From NCBI GenBank assembly GCA_020632155.1, contig JACKGE010000001.1:28011-92010 (forward strand): 64,000 nt of DNA, in the 5' to 3' direction. Every line of letters starts with the position of its first letter. Position 1 is the stretch's first letter. Of the stretch, positions 47,643-57,042 are shown one piece after another. Position numbers and translations under genes: made by a program. The notes below the pieces were generated by a model that saw only the letters and a list, made by a program, of their open reading frames with translations, made no database searches and was not told the origin of the DNA. Origin of the DNA: Candidatus Nomurabacteria bacterium (lineage in GTDB: Bacteria; Patescibacteriota; Minisyncoccia; Phycocordibacterales; UBA918).

Positions 47643-47787
47643 TTGTCAGTCCTCCGTTTAAAGCTACCTGACACAGGCAGCGTTGTGAAAAACAAAAGAG
47701 CGTAATGCTCATTGAGATTATAACATATTTATACAATAGAGTCAATATCTGAGACGTTGGTCTCTTATCTGTTAAAATCTAAACACC

Positions 47788-49965
47788 ATGCAACTTAGCG
47801 ATACATTAACCGACCACTTCCGCATCGATACACCCCACCAAAAGGCACTGAAACGCCTCGGTATTGAGACCGTTGAACAGCTCCTCTACCATTTGCCAGC
47901 TCGTTATGAGGACATCAGTGATATTCAGTCGGTCGGTGGCCTTGAGAAAGGACAAGACGCGGTAGTCTACGGTCAGCTCGGCGGACTGAAGACCCGCAAG
48001 GCATGGCGTAGCAAAAAACCGATCGCTGAGGGCTGGATTGAAGACGGTAGCGCCCGTATTAAGATCATGTGGTTTAACCAACCCTATCTCGCCAAAATGT
48101 ACAGCGACGGCCTGTACGTAAAAGTCGCTGGCAAAGTGACTGGCAGTGAGGACAAGCTCTACATTGCTAATCCGGAGGTTGAGAAGCTCGACTCCCTACC
48201 GGTCGACCGGCATGATTCTATTTTCAAAGGAGCCGAAGGACTTGATGACACCATCTACCCTGTATATCGCGAGAGCAAGGGGGTGACGAGTAAGTGGTTT
48301 TACCACACGACACTTAAATGTTTTGAAAAAGGAGTGCTCGATACCCTTCATGATCCGATACCTGAAGCTATCTTACAGCGCTACAAACTACCCGTCCTCA
48401 AGACTGCACTCGTATGGATACATAGCCCAAAAAAAGCTGAACATGCTGAAAGTGCTCGTAAGCGTTTTGCCTTTGAGGAGGTATTTTATATTCAGGTGCA
48501 GAAGGCCATTGAGCGAGCGGCCGTCAGCGCAGCTACTACCTACAGTTTTAAGACGAGTAAGGAACACGTAGCTGAGTTCACTGACCGCTTTCCGTTTACC
48601 CTTACCAAAGCGCAGGACAAGGCTGTTGGTGAGATACTGAGAGACTTTGGCGGCAATCACGCCATGTCGCGGCTTCTTGAAGGTGATGTCGGTAGTGGCA
48701 AGACGGCCGTAGCTGCCACTACCGCCTATGCAGTAGCTACGAGCCGACCGCCAGAAGGGACTGGCACCAAAATAGAATTTGGGAATCTGCAAGTTGCGTA
48801 TATGGCTCCGACAGAAATACTCGCCAAGCAACATTTTGAGAGTTTTATCGAACTCTTTAAGCACTTACCAATCCAGATCGGGCTTATCACCGGTAGTGGG
48901 TGTTTAAAGTACCCGAGCAAAACAAATCCGAACGAACCAACCAAGATAAGTAAGGCGCAGCTCTTAAAATGGGTGAAAAATGGCGAGATACCGATACTCA
49001 TCGGCACCCATGCGCTCATTTATAAAAGTGTTGAATTCAAGCACTTGGCCTACGTTATCATTGACGAGCAGCACCGCTTTGGTACCAATCAGCGCAAAGC
49101 GTTAGCTAAAAAAGACGCCCGCATCCCGCACTTACTTTCGATGACCGCCACACCGATACCCCGCACCTTAGCACTTACCATCTACGGCGACCTTGATATC
49201 ACCCTACTCGACCAGATGCCAAAAGGTAGAAAGCCCGTTATCACAAAAGTAGTTGGCCCCGGTGGGCAAAAAGAAATGTATGAGCATGTGCAGAGTGAGC
49301 TTGAAGCCGGTCGGCAGGCATACGTCATTTGTCCACGCATCGACGAACCGGACCCCGACAAACAAAGTGCTCTTAATCTTAAAAGCGTCAAAGCCGAAGC
49401 CGCTCGTCTTAAAAAAGATGTGTTTAAGAACGCCCGCATAGCGGTCTTACATGGCAAGATGAAGCCAGCTGAAAAAGACACAGTTATGCAACAGTTTCTT
49501 GATCACGACATAGACATTCTCGTAGCGACGTCAGTCGTTGAAGTGGGAGTCAATGTCCCCAACGCCACCAATATCATCATTGAGGGAGCGGAGCGCTTTG
49601 GTCTCTCACAGCTTCACCAGTTGCGTGGCCGTGTTATTCGCGGCACCTACCAACCATACTGTTTTGCGGTCACAGATAGTAAAAGTGACAAGACGCGCGA
49701 GCGACTCAAAGCCCTCACCACCGCCAAGAACGGGTTCGAGCTCGCCGAGCATGACCTCACTTTCCGTGGTAGCGGCGAACTCTATGGTCAAAAACAGTCA
49801 GGCCTCTCTGACCTTGGTATGGAGGCGATTAAGAACCTTAAGCTGGTAGAAGCAGCGCGCAATGAGGCGCAAACATTGGTAAGAGAACACCCAGACCTCA
49901 GCCATGACTTCCCGCTCATCGCGCACAAAGTGTCACATCTTGGCGAGACCCTACATATGGAGTGA
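47788..49965 (+). CDS. recG: ATP-dependent DNA helicase RecG
   Basis: 725 aa. Wedge/OB domain, helicase motifs GDVGSGKT and DEQHRFG, and a C-terminal helicase domain. Confidence 0.9.
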   Translation: MQLSDTLTDHFRIDTPHQKALKRLGIETVEQLLYHLPARYEDISDIQSVGGLEKGQDAVVYGQLGGLKTRKAWRSKKPIAEGWIEDGSARIKIMWFNQPYLAKMYSDGLYVKVAGKVTGSEDKLYIANPEVEKLDSLPVDRHDSIFKGAEGLDDTIYPVYRESKGVTSKWFYHTTLKCFEKGVLDTLHDPIPEAILQRYKLPVLKTALVWIHSPKKAEHAESARKRFAFEEVFYIQVQKAIERAAVSAATTYSFKTSKEHVAEFTDRFPFTLTKAQDKAVGEILRDFGGNHAMSRLLEGDVGSGKTAVAATTAYAVATSRPPEGTGTKIEFGNLQVAYMAPTEILAKQHFESFIELFKHLPIQIGLITGSGCLKYPSKTNPNEPTKISKAQLLKWVKNGEIPILIGTHALIYKSVEFKHLAYVIIDEQHRFGTNQRKALAKKDARIPHLLSMTATPIPRTLALTIYGDLDITLLDQMPKGRKPVITKVVGPGGQKEMYEHVQSELEAGRQAYVICPRIDEPDPDKQSALNLKSVKAEAARLKKDVFKNARIAVLHGKMKPAEKDTVMQQFLDHDIDILVATSVVEVGVNVPNATNIIIEGAERFGLSQLHQLRGRVIRGTYQPYCFAVTDSKSDKTRERLKALTTAKNGFELAEHDLTFRGSGELYGQKQSGLSDLGMEAIKNLKLVEAARNEAQTLVREHPDLSHDFPLIAHKVSHLGETLHME

Positions 49966-49996
49966 GGCCCAAGAACATTTGTTACAATATATTTAA

Positions 49997-50728
49997 ATGT
50001 TAGACCTACTTACACGCGCGTGTCGACACCCGCTACTCTACGCGTCGGTCCTCAGACGACATACACTGGTATTCAAAGAACGAATACAGGAAAGTGAGAC
50101 AACATACTCGTACATCTTTTCGCCCACCACAACACTCTCTTGGCATCCCGGACAACATGCCATTTTCAGTTTATCGAAGAGGGTCCAAGAGGGTAAGAAC
50201 TGGCGTCCGTTTTCAGTGGCCTCCGCCCCGCACGAAGGAGTGATACGAATCGGGACCACTATTCCCGAACCCCATAGTGATTTTAAACAAAGACTTCTGG
50301 AACTACGCTCCGGCGATACGCTATTCATGCGCGGACCGTTTGGGGAATTCTGTGTCCCCCGTACAGCGACCCATATCATTGGTATTGCTGGCGGCATTGG
50401 CATAACCCCGCTTCGTTCGATTATTGCGGCCGCGGCCCATAGCCATGATCCGCGCCCTATTACACTTATTTATTCGGCAACAAATACCCACGTGTACCGA
50501 ACCGAGTTTGATGCTTGGCACAGACTTCATCCTCATCTCAACGTTATCTATGTCCGCACTATCGATGAGACCAACAATGCTATACGGGACTTGGTCAGAA
50601 TACACGCTAACACTGCCCACTACTTTGTCTCTGGTTCACCGAATATGATCAAAGCAGTACGAACTGACCTACACAACTTGGGAGTGCGAAATGTCTACAA
50701 TGACCCGTTCAAAGGGTATCTGCTATAG
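49997..50728 (+). CDS. ferredoxin-NADP-reductase-like FAD/NAD(P)-binding oxidoreductase
   Basis: 243 aa. RPFSVAS FAD-binding motif and a GIAGGIGITP NAD-binding motif. Confidence 0.5.
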   Translation: MLDLLTRACRHPLLYASVLRRHTLVFKERIQESETTYSYIFSPTTTLSWHPGQHAIFSLSKRVQEGKNWRPFSVASAPHEGVIRIGTTIPEPHSDFKQRLLELRSGDTLFMRGPFGEFCVPRTATHIIGIAGGIGITPLRSIIAAAAHSHDPRPITLIYSATNTHVYRTEFDAWHRLHPHLNVIYVRTIDETNNAIRDLVRIHANTAHYFVSGSPNMIKAVRTDLHNLGVRNVYNDPFKGYLL

Positions 50729-51934
50729 CGGACAAAACTGACTCGTAATGTCGTCGTACGTCTCGTGCCGACGAGTCAGTTTCATCTCCTTACCATCAAC
50801 CAAGACCTCCGCTGCGCGACCGCGCATGTTGTAGTTGCTACTCATTGAGGCGCCGTAGCCACCCGCCACCAGTATTGCAATAACATCTCCCTCCTGCGGG
50901 TCAGAAAGATCGATACCCCCATTGAACACATCGCAAGTCTCACAGACATTACCTACTACTTCCACCCATTTCATAGGACCTTCCGGCCGCGATGCATTTA
51001 TTACATGTTGGTACGCTCCGTACATGGCCGGACGGATCAAGTGATGAAAACCGGAGTTAAGTCCCACAAAGGTGACGGTGCCTTTCTTTTTAACAGTGGT
51101 GATCTCGGCCATTAGAACGGTGCTGGTTGATACGAGAAACTTGCCTGGTTCGATACGCAGCTCAAGCTTCCGATTTGTCTCTGCCTCGTAGTCAGCGATT
51201 GGTGCTTTGATTGCCTCGGCAAAGGCATGGAGATCTATTGGTGTTTCACTCGGTCGATACTTGACCCCAAAACCACCGCCAAAGTCTACAAATTCTACCG
51301 ACAAAAACTGTCGCGCCACCTTAAGTACTGCCTCAACCGAGTGACGAAATGCTCCTGGTTCGTAAAAGCCGGAACCAATGTGGCTATGAATACCAACCGG
51401 AGTGAGATCATGATGACGACAAATGCTTTTTACTTGCTCAAGATCACTCATCAAGAGTCCAAACTTTGTGTTCTCACCACCTGTTTTGACTTTCTCGAAC
51501 TCACCGGCACCAACTTCAGGAGAAATGCGAAAGGATATCTTGGTGCCAGGGAACATCTGGCCGTAACGCTCAAGCTCGGACAGTGAGCCGAGATTCTGCA
51601 TAACCCCAAGGTCGCCGACCATTTTCATTGATTCGTTGCTGGCATTGCTCGGTGTATAGATAATCTCTTCTGGCTGGTAGCCAATAGAAAGCGCGTGTTT
51701 GACTTCGTTAGGTGAAACAGCGTCAATACCGTACACACCAGCCTCCTTGAGTGTACGTACGATATGCGGATTATAGTTGGCCTTAATAGCGTAAAAGACC
51801 TTGAGGTCAAAATCTGCAAATGCGTCTAAGATAAGCTTGGCGTTGTGGCGAAGACGCGCCGCATCGGTCACAAAAGCCGGTGTGCCAAATTCTGTTTTAA
51901 TGCGAGCAGCTTCTTCGGGTGTAGGTATGAACAT
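50723..51934 (-). CDS. lysA: diaminopimelate decarboxylase (Orn/DAP/Arg decarboxylase family 2)
   Basis: PLP-binding YAIKAN...GVYGID motif and GNVCETCD. Start placed at MFIPTPEE. The ORF-track extension to 52213 runs across tRNA-Ile and is rejected. Confidence 0.7.
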   Translation of the reverse strand: MFIPTPEEAARIKTEFGTPAFVTDAARLRHNAKLILDAFADFDLKVFYAIKANYNPHIVRTLKEAGVYGIDAVSPNEVKHALSIGYQPEEIIYTPSNASNESMKMVGDLGVMQNLGSLSELERYGQMFPGTKISFRISPEVGAGEFEKVKTGGENTKFGLLMSDLEQVKSICRHHDLTPVGIHSHIGSGFYEPGAFRHSVEAVLKVARQFLSVEFVDFGGGFGVKYRPSETPIDLHAFAEAIKAPIADYEAETNRKLELRIEPGKFLVSTSTVLMAEITTVKKKGTVTFVGLNSGFHHLIRPAMYGAYQHVINASRPEGPMKWVEVVGNVCETCDVFNGGIDLSDPQEGDVIAILVAGGYGASMSSNYNMRGRAAEVLVDGKEMKLTRRHETYDDITSQFCPL

Positions 51935-52080
51935 AGACCTATAAGGTACCGTATAAAACAAAAATTGAGAATAGACACTAATTGCGGTATAGTTTTGCCA
52001 CACCGCCTGTAAGAGCAATCTTGCAGGCAGGATATTCAAAGAAAATACAAAAGTAGACTTTTGTGCTGTACTTCTCACAT

Positions 52081-52153
52081 CCGCCTGTAGCTCAGTTGGT
52101 AGAGCGCCGAGCTTATACCTCGGTGGTCCTTGGTTCGAGTCCAAGCGGGCGGA
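52081..52153 (+). tRNA. tRNA-Ile(TAT)
   Basis: Acceptor CCGCCUG/CGGGCGG, D-arm GCUC-AGUUGGUA-GAGC, anticodon stem CCGAG/CUCGG with loop CUUAUAC (anticodon UAU), and T-arm CUUGG-UUCGAGU-CCAAG. Confidence 0.75.
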
Positions 52154-52171
52154 CAAACTATTGAATCTGAT

Positions 52172-52217
52172 ATACCTCGGTGGTCCTTGGCTGCGGTCCA
52201 TTGAGGCGGACAAACTA
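52172..52217 (+). repeat. degenerate copy of the 3' half of tRNA-Ile(TAT)
   Basis: ATACCTCGGTGGTCCTTGG...GGCGGACAAACTA repeats the tRNA from the anticodon loop to the 3' end. The T-arm is mutated. It starts 18 nt after the tRNA. Confidence 0.7.
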
Positions 52218-52245
52218 TCTCCAACAACACAATGCGGTATACTAG

Positions 52246-53757
52246 TTGGGTATGAAACTCGTTTTGAGTGACCGTTTCTGGTATTACGTGGTGGCAGTGG
52301 CTCTCATTGGCATTGCTCTTACTTGGCTACTAAAAGTGGTTGTGGCTCCGCAATCGGAACTAGTCGTGACAACTGTCGAAACAGGCACCATTGAGCAGCT
52401 GGTGTCGGTATCAGGCACAGTGGAAGCTCGCGGTAGTGCTGACCTTACCTTCCCTACTGCCGGCCGTGTTGAAACAGTGGAAGTGAGTAAAGGGGACACG
52501 GTCGAGCGCGGCCAAGTATTGGCCACACTCGAACGAAATACCCTGCTGGCCGAACAGGCAGCGGCTGTCGCGGCCCTGCGAATTGCTGAAGCAGACTACA
52601 CAGAGCTTCTTAACGGGCCAAGTGTTGAGCAACGTGACGTAACCACCACCACTGTCAGTCAGGCTGAATCCAATCTCATTCGTGTTACCGCTGAAGAAGA
52701 GGAAAAAGTAGCCAATGCAAAGCGTGCGCTCTACTCAAGCGACCTAGAGGCATTCTTAGTCTCTGGCAGCAAAGCGTCAGTAGCGCCGACCATTACCGGC
52801 ACCTACCTCTGTGACTTGTCCGGTGAGTACGAACTCGACATGTATCGCTCTAGTACCAACTCCGGTTATTCATATCTACTCTCTGGCCTTGAGTCCGGTG
52901 TGTTCGAAGCAGGAACGAGCTTCAGCGAACCGATGGGTAAATGTGGTCTTCGAGCACAGTTTACACCAGATACCCACTACGGCAGTACTATTTGGCGTGT
53001 ACCAATTCCTAATATGAATGGTGCGTCGTACGTGACCAATCTCAATGCCTACCAATTGGCTCTAGAACAAGCGGACAAGAACATTACCGCTGCCGCTGAA
53101 GCGGTTGACCTTGTCAAAAAGGAGCAGACTCTAGAAAATGCGGCACCACGTAGTGAAGCCCTCCAGCGCAGTAAAGCAACGGTTGATCAAGCACGCGCCC
53201 GTGTAGCCGCAGCCAGTGCCGCGGTACAAGACCGAGTGCTCAAAGCACCGTTCGCTGGTACAATCACTGACCTTGATATCGTAGCCGGAGAAACCATCGG
53301 CAGTGAACCGATCATGACGCTCCTATCTGAAGAGTCCTTTGAGCTGACCGTCCGCATTCCAGAAATTGATATTTCAAAAGTACATGAGGGGCAGGAGGCT
53401 CGCGCTACGTTTGACGCCAAAAGCTCTGAGCGTGTACCCCTTACTATAGATTTTGTATCACCACTGGCAACTGAAATTGACGGTGTTGCCTACTTTGAGG
53501 CGACACTCAGTTTTACCGACATACCGAGCTGGATCAAAGCGGGTCTTAACGCAGATGTCGACATCGTCACTGACTCTATGGCAGATGTACTCGTGCTGCC
53601 CAAGCGCTATATCAAAGAGTATGACGACTACAGCACCGTACTATTGTTAAAAGACGATCTACAGGTCGAGACAAAAGTTGAAACCGGTTTTGAAGGAAGT
53701 AGTGGGCTTGTCGAAATTACTGGACTTACTGAAGGGGACCTCGTTGTCGCACCGTAA
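52246..53757 (+). CDS. HlyD/MacA-family periplasmic adaptor (membrane fusion protein)
   Basis: 503 aa. N-terminal TM helix, coiled-coil hairpin, and a beta-barrel C-terminus. First gene of a 3-gene efflux operon. Confidence 0.7.
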   Translation: MGMKLVLSDRFWYYVVAVALIGIALTWLLKVVVAPQSELVVTTVETGTIEQLVSVSGTVEARGSADLTFPTAGRVETVEVSKGDTVERGQVLATLERNTLLAEQAAAVAALRIAEADYTELLNGPSVEQRDVTTTTVSQAESNLIRVTAEEEEKVANAKRALYSSDLEAFLVSGSKASVAPTITGTYLCDLSGEYELDMYRSSTNSGYSYLLSGLESGVFEAGTSFSEPMGKCGLRAQFTPDTHYGSTIWRVPIPNMNGASYVTNLNAYQLALEQADKNITAAAEAVDLVKKEQTLENAAPRSEALQRSKATVDQARARVAAASAAVQDRVLKAPFAGTITDLDIVAGETIGSEPIMTLLSEESFELTVRIPEIDISKVHEGQEARATFDAKSSERVPLTIDFVSPLATEIDGVAYFEATLSFTDIPSWIKAGLNADVDIVTDSMADVLVLPKRYIKEYDDYSTVLLLKDDLQVETKVETGFEGSSGLVEITGLTEGDLVVAP

Positions 53758-53762
53758 CTATC

Positions 53763-55010
53763 ATGCGTAGTTTACGAATCGGACTACTGCTTGGCTTGCG
53801 CCAAATACAGCGCGCTAGTATTTGGACCACTGCGCTCATCATTTTTGTGATGATGCTCACCTTTTTGAATCTGGTCGTGGTTTCGGGGGTATTGGTTGGG
53901 CTCATTACCGGTGCGGAGCGAGCAGTTCGCAATGAGTCTCTTGGAGACATCATCCTTTCAGAACCAACGGGAGAAAAAACCATTATTGAAACAAACTCTA
54001 TTGTGAGTTCATTTGCTTCATACCCCGAGATAGATAGTTATTCAATTCGCTACAAAAGTAACGCTGTCCTCGAAGCAAATTATAAAGAGAGGCGAAACCT
54101 AAACACTGAACGCGATATTGCCACCGTAAATGTGACTGGTATCGATCCTGCTTTGGAAGACAATATGTCCCATATCAGTGACGATGTAGTTCGTGGTGAG
54201 TACCTCGACCCCAATGAGGAAGGTTACATCCTAATAGGCTACTACTACCTAGAAGAATCTGCTGATAAGTTTGGTGACGTGTTCGATACGTTGGGTATCA
54301 AAAACCCCGGAGAGACTGTCCGCCTCACGGTTGGAGACATATCCAAAGAGTTTGTTGTTAAAGGAATCATTGAGTCAAAGGTGGATGACGTATCACTAAA
54401 CACCTATATTCCGGAACGAGAGTTTAGGCGGCTCTTTGGACGCATTGACCAAAACGCTGACCAAAGAGTGATCCGCGTAAAGAGTGGTTACTCAGAGGAC
54501 GACTTAAAAAAGGCTTTTGTTACCAATGGACTCAATGCCTACGCAAAGATACAAACCTTTGAGGAAGGAAAGCCAAAGTTCATCACTGACATCAAAGCCA
54601 CTATGAATTTACTTGGTACGTTTATTGGCTCAATTGGTCTTGTAGTAGCATCAATCACTATTTTTATTATTATCTTCATCAATGCTCTCTCTCGCCGCCG
54701 TCACATTGGTATCTTGAAAGGTATTGGTATAGAGCGTCAGGCAATTGAAATTGCGTACGTCATTCAAGCTGCATTCTACGCTCTAGCCGGCTCTGCGCTG
54801 GGTGCGCTTCTTATTTATGGATTTTTAATTGGCTATTTTGAACGCAATCCTATCGCCTTTCCATTTAGTGACGGAGTACTGGTAGCCCCAGCAAACGAGA
54901 CATTGCTCCGCTTTATTGTTCTTTTCATTACCACCTTAGTTGCTGGTTTTATTCCCGCTTGGATGATAGTGAGGCAAAACACTCTAAACGCTATCTTAGG
55001 CAGAAAATAA
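53763..55010 (+). CDS. ABC transporter permease (MacB/FtsX-fold)
   Basis: 415 aa. N-terminal TM helix, a large periplasmic domain, and a C-terminal 3-TM FtsX-like domain. Confidence 0.7.
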   Translation: MRSLRIGLLLGLRQIQRASIWTTALIIFVMMLTFLNLVVVSGVLVGLITGAERAVRNESLGDIILSEPTGEKTIIETNSIVSSFASYPEIDSYSIRYKSNAVLEANYKERRNLNTERDIATVNVTGIDPALEDNMSHISDDVVRGEYLDPNEEGYILIGYYYLEESADKFGDVFDTLGIKNPGETVRLTVGDISKEFVVKGIIESKVDDVSLNTYIPEREFRRLFGRIDQNADQRVIRVKSGYSEDDLKKAFVTNGLNAYAKIQTFEEGKPKFITDIKATMNLLGTFIGSIGLVVASITIFIIIFINALSRRRHIGILKGIGIERQAIEIAYVIQAAFYALAGSALGALLIYGFLIGYFERNPIAFPFSDGVLVAPANETLLRFIVLFITTLVAGFIPAWMIVRQNTLNAILGRK

Positions 55011-55011
55011 T

Positions 55012-55692
55012 ATGAACATTATCGAAGCGACAAATATTCATAGAACATTTGGCAAAGGTGCAGTGGTCACCCACGTACTTAAGGGTATTGATATTTCAGT
55101 TAAAGCCGGTGAGTACGTGGCAATTATGGGAAAGTCCGGGGCTGGTAAATCAACTTTGATGTACCAACTCTCAGCGCTTGATGAACCGACCGAGGGAGAC
55201 ATCTTCATTGACGGTGAAAATGTCGTGGAACTCAGTGAGCGGGAACGTACTGAATTTCGCCTTAATACGCTAGGCTACATCTTCCAAGACTACGCCCTCG
55301 TACCCGACCTTTCAGCTCGTGAAAATGTCATGATGCCGCTTCTGATGCGTGGTATGAACTGGGCGAAAGCTGAACAAGCAGCCGACCGAGCGATCGATTC
55401 TGTGGGTCTCATAGGTAAGTACCACAACCTCCCTGCCGAACTTTCTGGCGGTGAGCAGCAACGCGTTGCCATAGCGAGGGCAGTTGCCAGTGAACCAAAG
55501 ATACTTTTTGCTGATGAGCCAACTGCTAACCTAGACAGCATCTCTGGCAAACAAGTAATCGACCTAATAGGTGAAATCCATAAACGTGGACAGACTATCG
55601 TTATGGTGACCCACGAAGAGGAGTATACGGCAGATGCAGACCGTATCATCTATATGGAAGATGGAAAGATAGTAAACGAGAAAAAGAACTAA
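55012..55692 (+). CDS. ABC transporter ATP-binding protein (MacB/LolD-like)
   Basis: 226 aa. Walker A GKSGAGKST, signature LSGGEQQR, Walker B ILFADEPT. Confidence 0.9.
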   Translation: MNIIEATNIHRTFGKGAVVTHVLKGIDISVKAGEYVAIMGKSGAGKSTLMYQLSALDEPTEGDIFIDGENVVELSERERTEFRLNTLGYIFQDYALVPDLSARENVMMPLLMRGMNWAKAEQAADRAIDSVGLIGKYHNLPAELSGGEQQRVAIARAVASEPKILFADEPTANLDSISGKQVIDLIGEIHKRGQTIVMVTHEEEYTADADRIIYMEDGKIVNEKKN

Positions 55693-55731
55693 CACACAAA
55701 AAGACCTAGCGATGCTAGGTCTTTTTGTGTG
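55693..55731. terminator. bidirectional terminator, perfect 18-bp palindrome
   Basis: CACACAAAAAGACCTAGC-GAT-GCTAGGTCTTTTTGTGTG between convergent genes. Confidence 0.65.
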
Positions 55732-55743
55732 TTATACACAGGA

Positions 55744-56910
55744 CTACAAGGCCTTGAGTGCTTCTATAAATCCTTGCAATACTTGCCTAAACATCTCACG
55801 TTTATTGGTAGAACTTACTCCTTGAACAGCGCCAACCGCTGAACTGTTACCTGCAGGATCTGAACCACCTTGAACAGTCCATTCACCATCGATACAAACA
55901 AATGCCGCATCGGATAGCTTTTGCGCTAGACCGTTATCGTAGTAGATAGTGTCAGTTGTCTCTCCCTCTTCGTAAGTCTTCTGACCATCGGAACAGGTAG
56001 GGGTATTGCTTACAGTATCTCCTTCGTTACCATCAGACTCTAAACTAGTATTTTCCTGGTCTTCTTCTGTTGACTCAGAATTGTCTGCTGGCACACACTG
56101 TGGTGCTAAGTAACAGCCGTTAGCTTGAAGTGTTCCACTAGATAAAGTTTCGTTATCACTACACAATGGAGCCTGATAGACTGGGCAGCTTAAGGTTAAA
56201 GTTTCGTCCTCCTCCTCAGTATCGATTGGAACACACTGTGGTGCTGAGTAACAGCCGTTAGCTTGTTTAGTGCCACGTACCAGTTCTTCATTTGAGTCAC
56301 AACGAGGCGCTTGATATTGTGGACAACTGAGTTCCAATTCATCAGCTATAACATCGTTTGAATCAGTCGGTTCGCATAAGCGATGTATTTTAGCTCGCGT
56401 AAGTGAACCAAAGAAACCAGAACCACTACCAAGACCAGCCGGTGCTAATACATCACCTGAGTACTGCTCCTGAAAACGAGCCAGCGCGACAGCAGTACGC
56501 TCACCAAAGTAGTTTGACTCTTCCCCAGGAGCGCCGGGACCACTAGAAGCAACGGTAATCCCTCGATCATTAAGAAACTGCTGTAAACGACGAACATCTT
56601 CGCCTTCGTCACCAATACGTAAGTTTCGAGTCCACTCTACACTACAAACGGCGTTGGTTGCCGTCTGGCGCGCAGTATCAATTATCTCTTGGACATTGAC
56701 TGAGTAATTACGCTGTTGCATCTGCTCGCGAAGTGCAGCTATTTGATCTTGAAGACGTTCGATCATTGCTTGCAGATCAGCTACACTCCGATCACTTACT
56801 TGAGCGTGCGTGAATGTACGCGGTACGAATAATGCGCTTAACAACAAACCCATAATAGCGACTGAAAGTACGATGTGTTTGTAGTCAAACGAAATGGCTT
56901 TGGTTTTCAT
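55744..56910 (-). CDS. secreted peptidoglycan-binding protein with tandem Cys-rich repeats
   Basis: 388 aa. TM/signal segment, a PG_binding_1-like segment (LQQFLNDRGITV...ALARFQ), then two roughly 40-aa repeats LSCP-YQAP-C-NE-L-GT-QANGCY-APQCVP. Confidence 0.5.
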   Translation of the reverse strand: MKTKAISFDYKHIVLSVAIMGLLLSALFVPRTFTHAQVSDRSVADLQAMIERLQDQIAALREQMQQRNYSVNVQEIIDTARQTATNAVCSVEWTRNLRIGDEGEDVRRLQQFLNDRGITVASSGPGAPGEESNYFGERTAVALARFQEQYSGDVLAPAGLGSGSGFFGSLTRAKIHRLCEPTDSNDVIADELELSCPQYQAPRCDSNEELVRGTKQANGCYSAPQCVPIDTEEEDETLTLSCPVYQAPLCSDNETLSSGTLQANGCYLAPQCVPADNSESTEEDQENTSLESDGNEGDTVSNTPTCSDGQKTYEEGETTDTIYYDNGLAQKLSDAAFVCIDGEWTVQGGSDPAGNSSAVGAVQGVSSTNKREMFRQVLQGFIEALKAL

Positions 56911-57042
56911 ACTATTTTGACCTTAACTAAGTGTATAAATTTTATGGAATTACACAGAAAAGGTCGTCCCTCGACGGGACGACCTCCTGATACGCTCTTT
57001 ATAACACGTCAATAGTAAACACCAAGTGTGCCTTGTGGAAAA

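Noticed and set aside
51935-52213. N-terminal 93-codon extension of the lysA ORF
   Set aside because: The extension runs across the plus-strand tRNA-Ile gene and its duplicate. The conserved decarboxylase sequence begins at MFIPTPEE (51934).
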